From positions 1 through 50,649 of IMG/VR virus record IMGVR_UViG_3300024520_000005: a stretch of 50,649 bases of DNA; one strand, written 5' to 3'. The position numbers were made by a program, and so were the translations under genes. The notes under the pieces are model-generated. The model was not told the origin of the DNA. It searched no databases and saw only the letters and a list, made by a program, of their open reading frames with translations. The DNA comes from a virus. Below, piece by piece: positions 17,445 to 26,731 of the stretch. Each line of letters opens with the position of its first letter. Positions within the stretch are counted from its first letter, which is position 1.

Positions 17445-18662
17445 CTATGCCCTCTTAGGGATTATCTGCGATTCCAATTCCTTGACGGTGTTTTTGAGCC
17501 TAAGCTGCTCGGAAGGCGTAAGTGTAGCCATGAACTCCTTGCTGTCTACGCGCTCCTTGGCAGCGTTGTAGCGTTCCTCTGTGGGGCTTACCTGTCCATC
17601 ACCATCTACATCACCCTGAACATTGCGGGCTTCAGATATAGCAGGGGATTCAGGAACCGCGCCAGCTTCAAACTCGCTACCTACTATTTCCTCTACCTCT
17701 GGAGCATCTAGCTCTGGAGCATCTTCTTGAGTCAAAGTTCCTGCCTGTGTCGCATCAAAGCGCAAATCCTTGAGGAAGTCAAGGTCGGCTGTTAGCTCTG
17801 CCTCGCGGGAAGCTATAGCCTTCTCTTTGGCTTCGTCTATCTTGCCAGCAGCCTTTAGCTCGGAGATGGCATTAGCATTCTCCTGCTTCATTTCCTGAAC
17901 GCTGATATCATGGTCGAGGATAGATTGCACCTTCTCGTAGCCAAACTTCTCTGCCTGTTCGATAATGCGAGCCTGAGCCTTCTGGTCAATCTGATCAAGC
18001 TGACCCTTCAGGGCTGCGGCATTGCGATCATCCAACCCCTTCTCCTTTAGCTTGGCAACATCTAGCTTGCCATCAGTAGTGACAGCCGCTATTTGGATAG
18101 CTTCGGCAAAGCCTAGGTCTTGCCCCCGCTGTTCCGTAGATGCTCTGATGTGGGCTACTTCCCGCGCTGACGCCGCATCAATGATATGTCCTGCCTGTTG
18201 CGCCCTAGCCCGTATATCGGCTACGTTCTCAGGCACTCGCGCCTTCTGCAACTCAATAGCTTGCTCGGCCTGCCTGCCTGCTGCCCGACTTTCCTGCCTA
18301 CGCTGCCGCTCGATACCCCTAGCACTCTGCTGAATCTCGCGCTCGGCTTGCTGCCTGAATGCCACCGGACCCTGATTCGCCTTGTAGCGCAACTGCTGTG
18401 CTTGCGTGAGGCTCCCTAGATAGTCCTTCCGAGCCTGATCTATAGGGCTTAGTATAGCCTGCCTGCCTGCTTGCCTCTGAGCGGCTGTGAGAGGCTGTGG
18501 AGCGGCTGCTGCGGGCCTTGCCTGCGGAGCTATAGCTTGAGGGACAGGCTGCGGCGGGATGGCCGTAGGTGCTATGGGTGATACAGGGATGGGATCTATG
18601 CCTGCAACATCAGGGATGCGGGGATGTTGCCTGCTTCGGAAGCGTTCGTCGTTACGTGCCAT
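17445..18662 (-). CDS. Pro-rich / coiled-coil virion protein with EF-hand-type loop (405 aa)
   Basis: AAAGGAG SD. Pro-rich N-terminus and Q/R/A/E-rich helices. Canonical 12-residue loop DVDGDGQVSPTE. Confidence 0.55.
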   Translation of the reverse strand: MARNDERFRSRQHPRIPDVAGIDPIPVSPIAPTAIPPQPVPQAIAPQARPAAAAPQPLTAAQRQAGRQAILSPIDQARKDYLGSLTQAQQLRYKANQGPVAFRQQAEREIQQSARGIERQRRQESRAAGRQAEQAIELQKARVPENVADIRARAQQAGHIIDAASAREVAHIRASTEQRGQDLGFAEAIQIAAVTTDGKLDVAKLKEKGLDDRNAAALKGQLDQIDQKAQARIIEQAEKFGYEKVQSILDHDISVQEMKQENANAISELKAAGKIDEAKEKAIASREAELTADLDFLKDLRFDATQAGTLTQEDAPELDAPEVEEIVGSEFEAGAVPESPAISEARNVQGDVDGDGQVSPTEERYNAAKERVDSKEFMATLTPSEQLRLKNTVKELESQIIPKRA

Positions 18663-18678
18663 TTTAGTTCTCCTTTAT

Positions 18679-20412
18679 TCAGTCTTGAAAGCGAAATCCA
18701 TTTGTTACATACCAGTCAGCCCCGACAAGGATTGGCGTCTCAAACTCCCACCCCTTGCTTGTAGCATTAGTAGTCTGCGGCTCATCACACCAATTCGGCG
18801 GGAAGGTTGTATCTCCATAAAAGGCCGAGCTTGTAACTGACGCCCCGTAAGTTGGCGCATTCGTGTCTAGTAGCTGATATTGGTTAGTCTTCCATGAAAA
18901 GCCTTGATTGTCAAATGTTGCCGTATCTATTCCGCTATCGAAAGCTGTCACCTTCCCGTACCACATGAGGCCATGCGCGTAATTAGTAGCTGTGCCCGAA
19001 GTTACCACCTTAGCCTTGACTGCTACTGCTACGGCTGTCCATGTGTCGCCCACCCTTGAGCCTTTAGTGTAGTATTCGGGGAAGCTATCCACGCTTGATA
19101 TGGCTGGCACAGCGGCTTCGCAGTCTGTCTTAGCTGCCGCCCATGAGTCGCCAGAACCTGTCCATGAGTATCTATTATTGGTGATGCTGTCGGCTGTCCA
19201 GTCTCCAGCTTCCTCGGATATCCGCATAGCCCTGTATGCCCTGTATCGCTCGTCGAGGTGTATCCGCTTCAGGACATGTGGGCCAAGGCCATCGAACTCT
19301 GGATCGAATTGCCCGTAGGTTGTGATATCATTGGTCCACGACACTATCACGACATCGCCTGTATTGAATGCGCTATTAGTCATGACCATATTTGTAATGC
19401 CATACCACGGCAATGTGCAGGCCGTCCAGTTGGTGTCGCTTAATGAGACAGTCTCAGTAGCATTAGATACAGGCTGCAATTCTTGGGCATCGTTAATCCA
19501 CCAGTCGCTATACGTATCGAGATATGAACCCTGTATTTCCACGTTAAGATTCGTGATGGCATTAGTGCCGCCTGCTATCAGCCTGACTACAGGTAGATTC
19601 TCGGTATCAAAGAAGTCCCTGTCGAATTCCTGTAGATCCACGAAAGTCCATGAGCCTGTCCATGCGGCTTGGGCCAGGGACCACGGAGCTTCCACTGTGG
19701 CTCGCGTAAACCAAGCCGCATCATCAGCCTGTGCCCCCGTACTCTGAATGAAGCCCCACGCGTTAGTAACAAGATTCGTGGTGTATCCTATGCCTTCTCT
19801 ATTCAGAAGCCCTACACGGCTATTCAGGGGCCATGTCGAGGGTGTTTCACCAGCACCATCGACTAGCGCAAAGTAATCATCAAAGGTTCCATCACTTCCT
19901 ATCTGATTTGTAGAGATAAACTTCTCGCACATGGTCTGATCTGATGCGCCATCTTCGCTATTGAATACCGAGGCATCCCACTCATAGATGAACTGCCCAT
20001 TCAGAAAGAAGCCCGCCGAGTTGGTGTATGTTCCTGACGGGTCTGTGTATGTATATTCCCATGGCCCGAAGTTGGTAGCATTCCCGAAGTCGAAGCGAAC
20101 AGGTCTGGTCAGATTTGTGTAGACTAGATAGCGATTCGTGTATGTCCATGAATTAGTAGTAAACACATCATTGGTGTATCCCGCATAGGCTATCCTTGTA
20201 TCTGATAGGTCAAAGCTGTCGCCATTATCGGAGGGGGCTACATCCCATCGCTCGCTAGCCGACCACCATAGCTGACTAACGCCGCCGAAAGAGTCCATGA
20301 CTGTATCCCAGTCGTGCGCGTTAGTCTCGGACAGAGGGAAGCCATCCCACTGTGCTTGAGCTACCAGAGGCAATAATGTTGATGCTGCTATCACTAGAAG
20401 TAATTTCCTCAT
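18679..20412 (-). CDS. large beta-rich protein with signal peptide (577 aa), receptor-binding/tail spike-like
   Basis: Start moved to the ATG with an ATGA overlap, giving MRKLLLVIAASTLLPLVAQA-QW. W/T/N/D/Y-rich. Confidence 0.5.
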   Translation of the reverse strand: MRKLLLVIAASTLLPLVAQAQWDGFPLSETNAHDWDTVMDSFGGVSQLWWSASERWDVAPSDNGDSFDLSDTRIAYAGYTNDVFTTNSWTYTNRYLVYTNLTRPVRFDFGNATNFGPWEYTYTDPSGTYTNSAGFFLNGQFIYEWDASVFNSEDGASDQTMCEKFISTNQIGSDGTFDDYFALVDGAGETPSTWPLNSRVGLLNREGIGYTTNLVTNAWGFIQSTGAQADDAAWFTRATVEAPWSLAQAAWTGSWTFVDLQEFDRDFFDTENLPVVRLIAGGTNAITNLNVEIQGSYLDTYSDWWINDAQELQPVSNATETVSLSDTNWTACTLPWYGITNMVMTNSAFNTGDVVIVSWTNDITTYGQFDPEFDGLGPHVLKRIHLDERYRAYRAMRISEEAGDWTADSITNNRYSWTGSGDSWAAAKTDCEAAVPAISSVDSFPEYYTKGSRVGDTWTAVAVAVKAKVVTSGTATNYAHGLMWYGKVTAFDSGIDTATFDNQGFSWKTNQYQLLDTNAPTYGASVTSSAFYGDTTFPPNWCDEPQTTNATSKGWEFETPILVGADWYVTNGFRFQD

Positions 20413-21077
20413 GACTGCAATGGTGAATCTATGACTACATCGCCTATATGATGTATCTCCGATTGATACCATATCCCTGCTACATCCGACTGATACTTAG
20501 AGAGCGTGATGAACAAATGCGTTGTGTTGCTTGTGGGCCGCGCTGCTGCATGAGCTATAGAAGCCGAGCTAGTCCCGCGTGTGTGGTCTATGTAGACCCA
20601 TTCTGTCGAGCCTGACAAGGACACACTATCTGCGCTGACTTCGATGTTGGTGTCGCCTATGCAGATGGTGCCTGCCCCTATCTCAAGCGTAGATGGATCG
20701 GACATATATCGACTAAAGGCCAGCTCCGACTTAGACATGAAGTCGCTGACTACGCGCCATAGGTTGCCCTCTCTGAAGATGGTGAGCTCGCCGCCATCGG
20801 TGATGTGGTCAAGTGTGTATTCCATCGAATAAAGCCTATCCTCTTGCTGAAGTACGGCATCTTCCACTTCCTTCAGCCTGTCAAGGAGCGGCTTGATTCT
20901 TCGCTCTATAGCAACCACACTTGCGCTTAAGACATCATCCCTAGCTTCCGAGGCATCCGACTGCTCTTGAACCTGCGCCGTAGTATCATCCTTAGCGGCC
21001 TGTTCGTTCTCGGCAATCTTGCCACGGATAGTCAGGAACTCAGCCTCCGAGCTATTGGTCTGTATATCTTCCGTCAC
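20409..21077 (-). CDS. virion protein with N-terminal coiled coil (222 aa), GTG start
   Basis: GTG start overlapping the upstream TAG by one base. GGAG 8 nt upstream. Confidence 0.5.
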   Translation of the reverse strand: MTEDIQTNSSEAEFLTIRGKIAENEQAAKDDTTAQVQEQSDASEARDDVLSASVVAIERRIKPLLDRLKEVEDAVLQQEDRLYSMEYTLDHITDGGELTIFREGNLWRVVSDFMSKSELAFSRYMSDPSTLEIGAGTICIGDTNIEVSADSVSLSGSTEWVYIDHTRGTSSASIAHAAARPTSNTTHLFITLSKYQSDVAGIWYQSEIHHIGDVVIDSPLQS

Positions 21078-21958
21078 TACCAGTCTCCATCGGACACATC
21101 GCTGTAATCAGTCTCGCCCACTTCCCATACCTGCTTAATGCCTATGTATCTGCTTCCCTGAGCCACAACCCTGCCTGTAGGGACTAGCGGCAGATTGTCA
21201 ATGCCTGTTGGCCTATTTCCAGGAATGGGGGGATTGCTTGCATCCCAATTAGCATATGTACGGGCAGCAGCAAGGCTCTGCCCATACTTACGGCCCTCTG
21301 TGACGCGATAGATTGTGCCATCCTTGCCTACTGCGAAGAATTGGTCATAGTAGTCATATGTGCCTGTGCCGCCACCAGAAACCGGAACACGCCCCACCTG
21401 AACCACATCCTTCAGCCCCTTGTTAGGACGTTCCTCAATCGAGTATGTGTCATGCGTGTAGGCTGTCCCGCCTATCGTGAAATCTGCTGCTGCTACGCCA
21501 GCTATCAGCGTGTCCTTCTGGGCTTCTGTGACATGCGGCCAATAGCGTACATACACCTGATCGCTACGGCCTACCTGAGCCTTAACCTGCCGCGTGTATA
21601 TGTCATCATTAGGGTCCCCGCTAAGGGCATACGTAGAATGTAGCGTCTGCCTGATCAGCACCCATCGCTTATTGCCTGGATATACAACCTTGCTGACATC
21701 GCTGTTAAGCCATGTAATCCCCGCTGCTGTAGCTGCGCCATCATACCAAGGGACTATGTAGGAGGCTACGGCGCGAAGGGCTATGATAGCTGTCTCGGCC
21801 TCTGTAGCGTCTATGGGTCCATATTCCCTGACAATCATCTGTGGGGCCAGCTTGGTATCTACAACAGCAGCCCCGCGCATATGTAGGCGAGCATGGGCGT
21901 TATCACCAGCTAGTGTTCCAGCGACAACTTCAGCAGAAGATAGTAGTAGTTCACTCAT
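21077..21958 (-). CDS. virion structural protein (293 aa)
   Basis: ATGA overlap, position in the tail module. Confidence 0.55.
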   Translation of the reverse strand: MSELLLSSAEVVAGTLAGDNAHARLHMRGAAVVDTKLAPQMIVREYGPIDATEAETAIIALRAVASYIVPWYDGAATAAGITWLNSDVSKVVYPGNKRWVLIRQTLHSTYALSGDPNDDIYTRQVKAQVGRSDQVYVRYWPHVTEAQKDTLIAGVAAADFTIGGTAYTHDTYSIEERPNKGLKDVVQVGRVPVSGGGTGTYDYYDQFFAVGKDGTIYRVTEGRKYGQSLAAARTYANWDASNPPIPGNRPTGIDNLPLVPTGRVVAQGSRYIGIKQVWEVGETDYSDVSDGDW

Positions 21959-23022
21959 TGGGCTGGGGATTCCTCTGTGGTTACGGTTAAGTCGGTCAGC
22001 ATGTCTATGTCATGTATATGTATATGCGAATCTAAAGCTGTGATGCGTACCTGAAATTGCTGCGAATGGACAGGATGCTCTAGGGTAATCTGCTGCCTGA
22101 CATACTTCTCCTCCTGCCATTTAACCTGAAGCGTCTGTGGATCGGACCAGTCTTCCTTACTAAGCCTTGTCTGGAAGGTTATCTCGCCATCAGCTTGTGT
22201 GGTATTGTCGAAGTAGAAGGCTAGTGACTCGACACCAAACGGCCTGCGTATTCCAGAGCGGCGGCGTGTAGCTGTATCTGTGATAACGCGGCTTGTCCAT
22301 CGGAAGCCTGTAGTCCCCCAATGAAACAGCTTCTTCATGCCTAGATCAAACACAAACTTGTCTGTGCCAATAATCCTGCGCTTCTGTGGATCTACCAGCA
22401 AAGCCTTATTCTGGAAGTGGCTGATGCTTGTACGTACATCCCGCGTAATCTCTGTCACCCTGTTGCCATCCCATGCCATTAGCCCGTTACCATTAGAAGC
22501 AAAGGCTAGGCCGTCTAGGACGTTGCAATTAGCGGCTGCGCTTATCTTCATGGATTCTTCTATGTCGGTCTTGCGCCAAACGTCACTCTGACTATTGGTG
22601 CCAAAGAGCATGTAGCCCCCTGTGCTTTTGGCGACATAGAGATTGTTGGCTACAGGCAGGAACTCAAGGATGGCATTAGCATCTTCAGCGAAGCTAACAC
22701 CACCACGACCCTGCAGGAGGCTCTCATAGGCTGCTGTGGTGCCTACATAGCCTGGAGCTAGGTACTTTAGCTGGGTGGTAGCGATAAGCCACATACGGTC
22801 GAAATACTCCCGCCATGTATTTGCGCCGATAGTGTAGGTCTTCTTAACCTGCGCTGTGCCTGTAGGGATAGCCCCTGCAACGAGTCGGCCAGGATAGTCT
22901 ATGCTCATGCCGTAGCCATCAGGAGTCCAGCCATCACGCAGCTTTGAGGGATCAGTCTCTGTATCAAGCCCAGCAGGGAATGAAGATGCTAGCGATACCC
23001 ATTTTAGATCAGAACCAGCCAT
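21955..23022 (-). CDS. virion structural protein (355 aa), tail tube/nozzle candidate
   Basis: AGGAG SD. Sits right after the adaptor-sized gene. Confidence 0.5.
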   Translation of the reverse strand: MAGSDLKWVSLASSFPAGLDTETDPSKLRDGWTPDGYGMSIDYPGRLVAGAIPTGTAQVKKTYTIGANTWREYFDRMWLIATTQLKYLAPGYVGTTAAYESLLQGRGGVSFAEDANAILEFLPVANNLYVAKSTGGYMLFGTNSQSDVWRKTDIEESMKISAAANCNVLDGLAFASNGNGLMAWDGNRVTEITRDVRTSISHFQNKALLVDPQKRRIIGTDKFVFDLGMKKLFHWGTTGFRWTSRVITDTATRRRSGIRRPFGVESLAFYFDNTTQADGEITFQTRLSKEDWSDPQTLQVKWQEEKYVRQQITLEHPVHSQQFQVRITALDSHIHIHDIDMLTDLTVTTEESPAQ

Positions 23023-23032
23023 CCCGCTTCTC

Positions 23033-23428
23033 CTAGCTTGTGCTTATGATATCTACGTCACCAAAGGTTTCACCATTCGTTGCTGCGGCAGTATTCGCCG
23101 TATCCCTGTATAGCCTTGCGCCGTTCCATGCATCCTGCGTCATGCTCTCAGATGTCCGTAAGTCTAGGTCGCCTGAACGGTGGCCGAATCTGATAAGGTT
23201 AGTATCTACGGAAAGGCTAAAGGCTTCCTCATACGCGGCGTCAAGGTCTATAGCTGTAGCCGTATCGGAGATAAGCGTAGGGACAGCAGCTAAGTCTAGC
23301 TCCCTGTAAGCCCTACGTAGCGCATAATTGACTGCGCTTATGTAGGAAGTCGTGAAGCGGGAGCTGCTAGCTTCTTGGCTGTATTGCCGCTGCTTCTGTG
23401 TCCACATTGTATCGGCTGATATGCTCAT
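23033..23428 (-). CDS. head-tail adaptor-sized protein (131 aa)
   Basis: ATGA overlap. Call rests on size and position only. Confidence 0.4.
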   Translation of the reverse strand: MSISADTMWTQKQRQYSQEASSSRFTTSYISAVNYALRRAYRELDLAAVPTLISDTATAIDLDAAYEEAFSLSVDTNLIRFGHRSGDLDLRTSESMTQDAWNGARLYRDTANTAAATNGETFGDVDIISTS

Positions 23429-23877
23429 TCAGGCACCTCCACTACATTCGTGAAGCCTGCTGCCGCTATGACTTCCTCGGCCTCGCCCCACGGTGCCACG
23501 GCAATCTTGATTCGTGTCTTATTGGCCTCGTAATTCAACGCCGTCTTGACCTTGGCAAGCGTTACGTCCTTTTGCGTCTTTCTGAATTGCTTGACACTCC
23601 ACCAATCTATATGCCATTTGTTGCCGTTCAGATAGTAAACCTTCGCGGTCTTGAGTGGGCTATCGGCTTGCCCTGTGTATTCCTTCAGCTTATCCTTGAG
23701 CCATGTCTGCTCCGCTTTTGATAGCTCGCTTAATCGTGCCGCTATAATCACAGACCGCAGCCTATCTGTGTTGTCGATGGCCTCTGCCTCACGCGCTACA
23801 ATCTGGCCGTACGCTACTGCGAATAACGCAAGGCCCACGCTAATAGCCAAGCTCAGTTTTATTATTTGTCCAGTCAT
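23425..23877 (-). CDS. protein with N-terminal signal anchor (150 aa)
   Basis: AGGAGG 9 nt before the ATG at 23877. MTGQIIKLSLAISVGLALFAVAYG hydrophobic N-terminus. Confidence 0.5.
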   Translation of the reverse strand: MTGQIIKLSLAISVGLALFAVAYGQIVAREAEAIDNTDRLRSVIIAARLSELSKAEQTWLKDKLKEYTGQADSPLKTAKVYYLNGNKWHIDWWSVKQFRKTQKDVTLAKVKTALNYEANKTRIKIAVAPWGEAEEVIAAAGFTNVVEVPE

Positions 23878-24703
23878 TGCCAACATCCTCCTGAGTCCAC
23901 CCGTTAGTGAAGTCCATTCCGCATTCTTGCCCCAGTGCGCCTATCAGGAACTTGTCCGCGCCCTCTTCGTCTGATCCGATATACCAGTAATCATTCACGC
24001 TCAAGGCAGAAAGGCCCGTTGGTGCCGAATTAGTAACTAGCTCGCCATTCATATATGTGTATTGAGCTTCTGGCCCCGATGGATTGGTTTCTATAACAAG
24101 AACAACGCGCTTCCATACACCTGTCACCATCGTGCCTGTCGGCGTGTTGAGCGCATCGCCGCCATTGAGCCTGCTTTCCAGCTTGGTCGCATCGCCGCCC
24201 GACAGCTTGGCCCAATGGATATTGGCCCCCCGCAAGCTGAACGCTATGGAGTCAGAGCCGCCCAAGGTAGTGATCCATACGCTGAAATACATGGTGTTGG
24301 TTTGTGAGCCGTTGCCGATGGTCGTATTGTTTGTGATCTTCAGGTAGTCGCCGCCATCGAATGACCGACAGTCAACGCCGCCGATAGTCGTCTCTGTAGG
24401 GCTAGCCCCGCCGCCTGGATCTGATGCGTCATAGTCTGCCCATTCTGCCCATTCTGCGATATTGGCTAATAGGCCCGATGACCCAAGGTCATACCGAAGA
24501 TGTGCGTTGGTGCATGGATTGGGCAGGTCAGCGGATTCCCCAGCAGGCACCACGTAATCAAACCCACCCCCGCCCATAGTGACGATATTGGTCCCTGAAT
24601 AGCCATCACCAAAGGAGCCTTCACATACAGGCTCTATGCATACAGAGAGGGCTACAGCAAGCATACAGGCCACAGCTAGGGACATAACAGATCGTTGCGA
24701 CAT
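23840..24703 (-). CDS. secreted LamG / concanavalin-A-like lectin-fold protein (287 aa)
   Basis: Hydrophobic N-terminal signal. Then the pattern F.GGDYL...W...G.W..V.L......Y.NG.L....IG....F.G typical of LamG jelly-rolls. Confidence 0.5.
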   Translation of the reverse strand: MSQRSVMSLAVACMLAVALSVCIEPVCEGSFGDGYSGTNIVTMGGGGFDYVVPAGESADLPNPCTNAHLRYDLGSSGLLANIAEWAEWADYDASDPGGGASPTETTIGGVDCRSFDGGDYLKITNNTTIGNGSQTNTMYFSVWITTLGGSDSIAFSLRGANIHWAKLSGGDATKLESRLNGGDALNTPTGTMVTGVWKRVVLVIETNPSGPEAQYTYMNGELVTNSAPTGLSALSVNDYWYIGSDEEGADKFLIGALGQECGMDFTNGWTQEDVGNDWTNNKTELGY

Positions 24704-24720
24704 AGCAGACCCCCATTATG

Positions 24721-25068
24721 TTAAGGCTTTGGGTATGTAGAGATGAACACGTTGGTAGCCACGTCAGCTAATGTGCGTAATACAAGCTGGCCTTCAAAGT
24801 CGCCATCCTCACTCCATGCTGTGCCAGCAGGAACAGGTAGCGCATTGGTAGTCAGCATCAATGTCTCAAACGCAGATGTGCTGATATTGAAAGCGAAATA
24901 GACTGTCGTGTTTCCCTGATTGAGAATAGAGAGATGGCCCGTATTGCTCGGAACGTCAAAGGTCTGCCGTGTGGTCGTGACTGTTGCTACTGTCCAGCCG
25001 AAACCCTCAGCGAAGGCCATCAAGCCGCCGACAATCAGGAGAGCCGTTACTGCTAGAAATTTCTTCAT
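24721..25068 (-). CDS. small secreted protein (115 aa)
   Basis: AAGGAG SD. MKKFLAVTALLIVGGLMAFA-EG is a classical Sec signal. Confidence 0.55.
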   Translation of the reverse strand: MKKFLAVTALLIVGGLMAFAEGFGWTVATVTTTRQTFDVPSNTGHLSILNQGNTTVYFAFNISTSAFETLMLTTNALPVPAGTAWSEDGDFEGQLVLRTLADVATNVFISTYPKP

Positions 25069-25127
25069 CATTGCTCCTTAATGGCGAGACAAGGGATCAC
25101 CCTGCCCCGCCAGAGGTTGTCGGTTAT

Positions 25128-25991
25128 TTAGTAATCACCAAGCCAATTATAGGTGATCGTGATTGTGCCGTCTACAGAGTTCGTAGAAACGGCTGCAACG
25201 TCAGCGTCATCAACCAGCCAATTCATCGCAAATATGATTGCAGTTGTGGTGCCATCATAATGCGCTGTCTCGGCGGCTAGCGCGGCGTCATTCGTACCCT
25301 CAATCGGATCAACAGAAGTTGAGGCAAGGAAGTCTTCATAAACGCCAGTGAAGTTATTGTTTGTCATCACAGCAGAACCGAATGCCATATCCCCGCCCTC
25401 GCCAGCAGCGAGATCGCCGCCATCAGGAGTAAGGATGATATTCTCGTACACAATGCCTTCAATGCTGATTCTGCCTTCAGGGAATGTGTATAGATTGGTG
25501 GTCCCCCAGCCCGCGCCAGATGAGCCATCAATAAGAAGCACCACGTCATCAAGAGTCAGCACAACCTGCTTATGCGAGTCTGTACCCTTCTCAACCACCG
25601 TAACGGTACTCTTAGCTGCTGTTCCAGTGTTCACTGTAGTTCTGTTGCCACCAGATGTCACTGCGCCTGCCAGTGTTGATGCGCCTGCGACACTAAGCGT
25701 CTGAGCTTCTGCTACACCATCTTCATCTACACGGAAACCCAGCGTACCGTCAACTGCTGGAATGTTGAAGATGTACGTGGCCGCAGAAGATACAGCAACA
25801 AAGACCAGTGTTATCAGGACAGCCGTAAGGATGGAAGTCTTGCCATCTCGGACTGTGCCATCACTCCCGCTATCGTGATACTTGTGCATATGCCGCTTCC
25901 AGTTCTCTGTGTTCCTGCGAATCTTGGCTTCAATAGTATCAAGTCTCTTATCCTTCTTATCCTTCTTCGCTTCTTTCTTATCTGCTGCCAT
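25128..25991 (-). CDS. membrane-anchored beta-rich protein (287 aa)
   Basis: AAGGAG SD. Lys-rich N-terminus, one TM helix (ILTAVLITLVFVAVSSAATYIF), then a beta-rich domain. Confidence 0.55.
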   Translation of the reverse strand: MAADKKEAKKDKKDKRLDTIEAKIRRNTENWKRHMHKYHDSGSDGTVRDGKTSILTAVLITLVFVAVSSAATYIFNIPAVDGTLGFRVDEDGVAEAQTLSVAGASTLAGAVTSGGNRTTVNTGTAAKSTVTVVEKGTDSHKQVVLTLDDVVLLIDGSSGAGWGTTNLYTFPEGRISIEGIVYENIILTPDGGDLAAGEGGDMAFGSAVMTNNNFTGVYEDFLASTSVDPIEGTNDAALAAETAHYDGTTTAIIFAMNWLVDDADVAAVSTNSVDGTITITYNWLGDY

Positions 25992-26046
25992 TTTGACCGC
26001 TCCTTCTTTATGCTGCCCAGCTCAGGTCGAGAGTTGAGCAAGGGAT

Positions 26047-26628
26047 TTATGCTGCTCCTATACTGCTCCGAGTTGCTTCTTGCTTCTTAATTTTTTCTTG
26101 CCTCTTCCTCCATGAATGCTCAGTCGTAACTTCGCTATGACAATTCGCGCACAGCAGTACGCACTTACTAAGCTCGTCCTCAAGCCTGCCAAACGACCAC
26201 CCGTTACTAATTTTTGACGAAATAGTCAACGTCTTAAGCTCTGGGTCAACATGGTGAAACTGCAATGCTGATAAATGCTCAGAGTACCCACATAGAAGAC
26301 ACTTACCACCAAGGTACTCAACACACTTAATCTTGGTTCCGCGCGACCTCTTGCGATGCCTATCAAGACACGCCGCACCGCTCTTGTGGTAATGCTTGCG
26401 TGATCGTGCCCTGACGTAGGCCCGTCGCTTATCGCACCAATCCTTCTGCCACTTCCTATTGCGAGCGCGAGCCTCGGGCTTCTGCGTTTGTGCAAGAATT
26501 TTATCCTTATTCGCCGCAAAATATTCCCGCCGCTTTCGCTTGATTTCTTCTCTGTATTCAGCATCTTCCGCGTACCGCTTCTTGAGTCTCGCTTTATACT
26601 CCTCATACTTCTCTTTTGAATAAGCCAC
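26047..26628 (-). CDS. HNH homing endonuclease, GTG start
   Basis: GGGAGG 7 nt before the GTG. Basic R/K-Y repeat N-terminus. CLLCGY...LQFHHVDP...KCVLLCANCH HNH core. Confidence 0.75.
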   Translation of the reverse strand: MAYSKEKYEEYKARLKKRYAEDAEYREEIKRKRREYFAANKDKILAQTQKPEARARNRKWQKDWCDKRRAYVRARSRKHYHKSGAACLDRHRKRSRGTKIKCVEYLGGKCLLCGYSEHLSALQFHHVDPELKTLTISSKISNGWSFGRLEDELSKCVLLCANCHSEVTTEHSWRKRQEKIKKQEATRSSIGAA

Positions 26629-26652
26629 AATCTGCCTCCCTATTTAAGCCCA

Positions 26653-26680
26653 GCTAAGGATGGAATAGGCCATCCTTAGC
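26653..26680 (-). other. perfect 11-bp stem hairpin between capsid gene and HNH gene (no U-tract)
   Basis: GCTAAGGATGG-aatagg-CCATCCTTAGC. A second weaker hairpin lies at about 26684-26707. Confidence 0.6.
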
Positions 26681-26731
26681 CAGTTGCAAGTTAATTATGC
26701 TTGCGTAAGTTGTTGGCACTCAGTGTCTTGC

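Noticed and set aside
15009-17711. Long plus-strand ORFs (347 aa at 15009-16052, 298 aa at 16815-17711, plus shorter ones) antisense to the giant gene
   Set aside because: These are shadow ORFs of a long GC-balanced gene. The products are S/A/R/L-rich and featureless, have no SD, and are fully contained in a far longer ORF with clear protein-like repeats.
26226-26630. 134-aa alternative-frame ORF overlapping the HNH gene
   Set aside because: The other frame gives a complete HNH motif and a strong SD. This one is an R/S-rich shadow.
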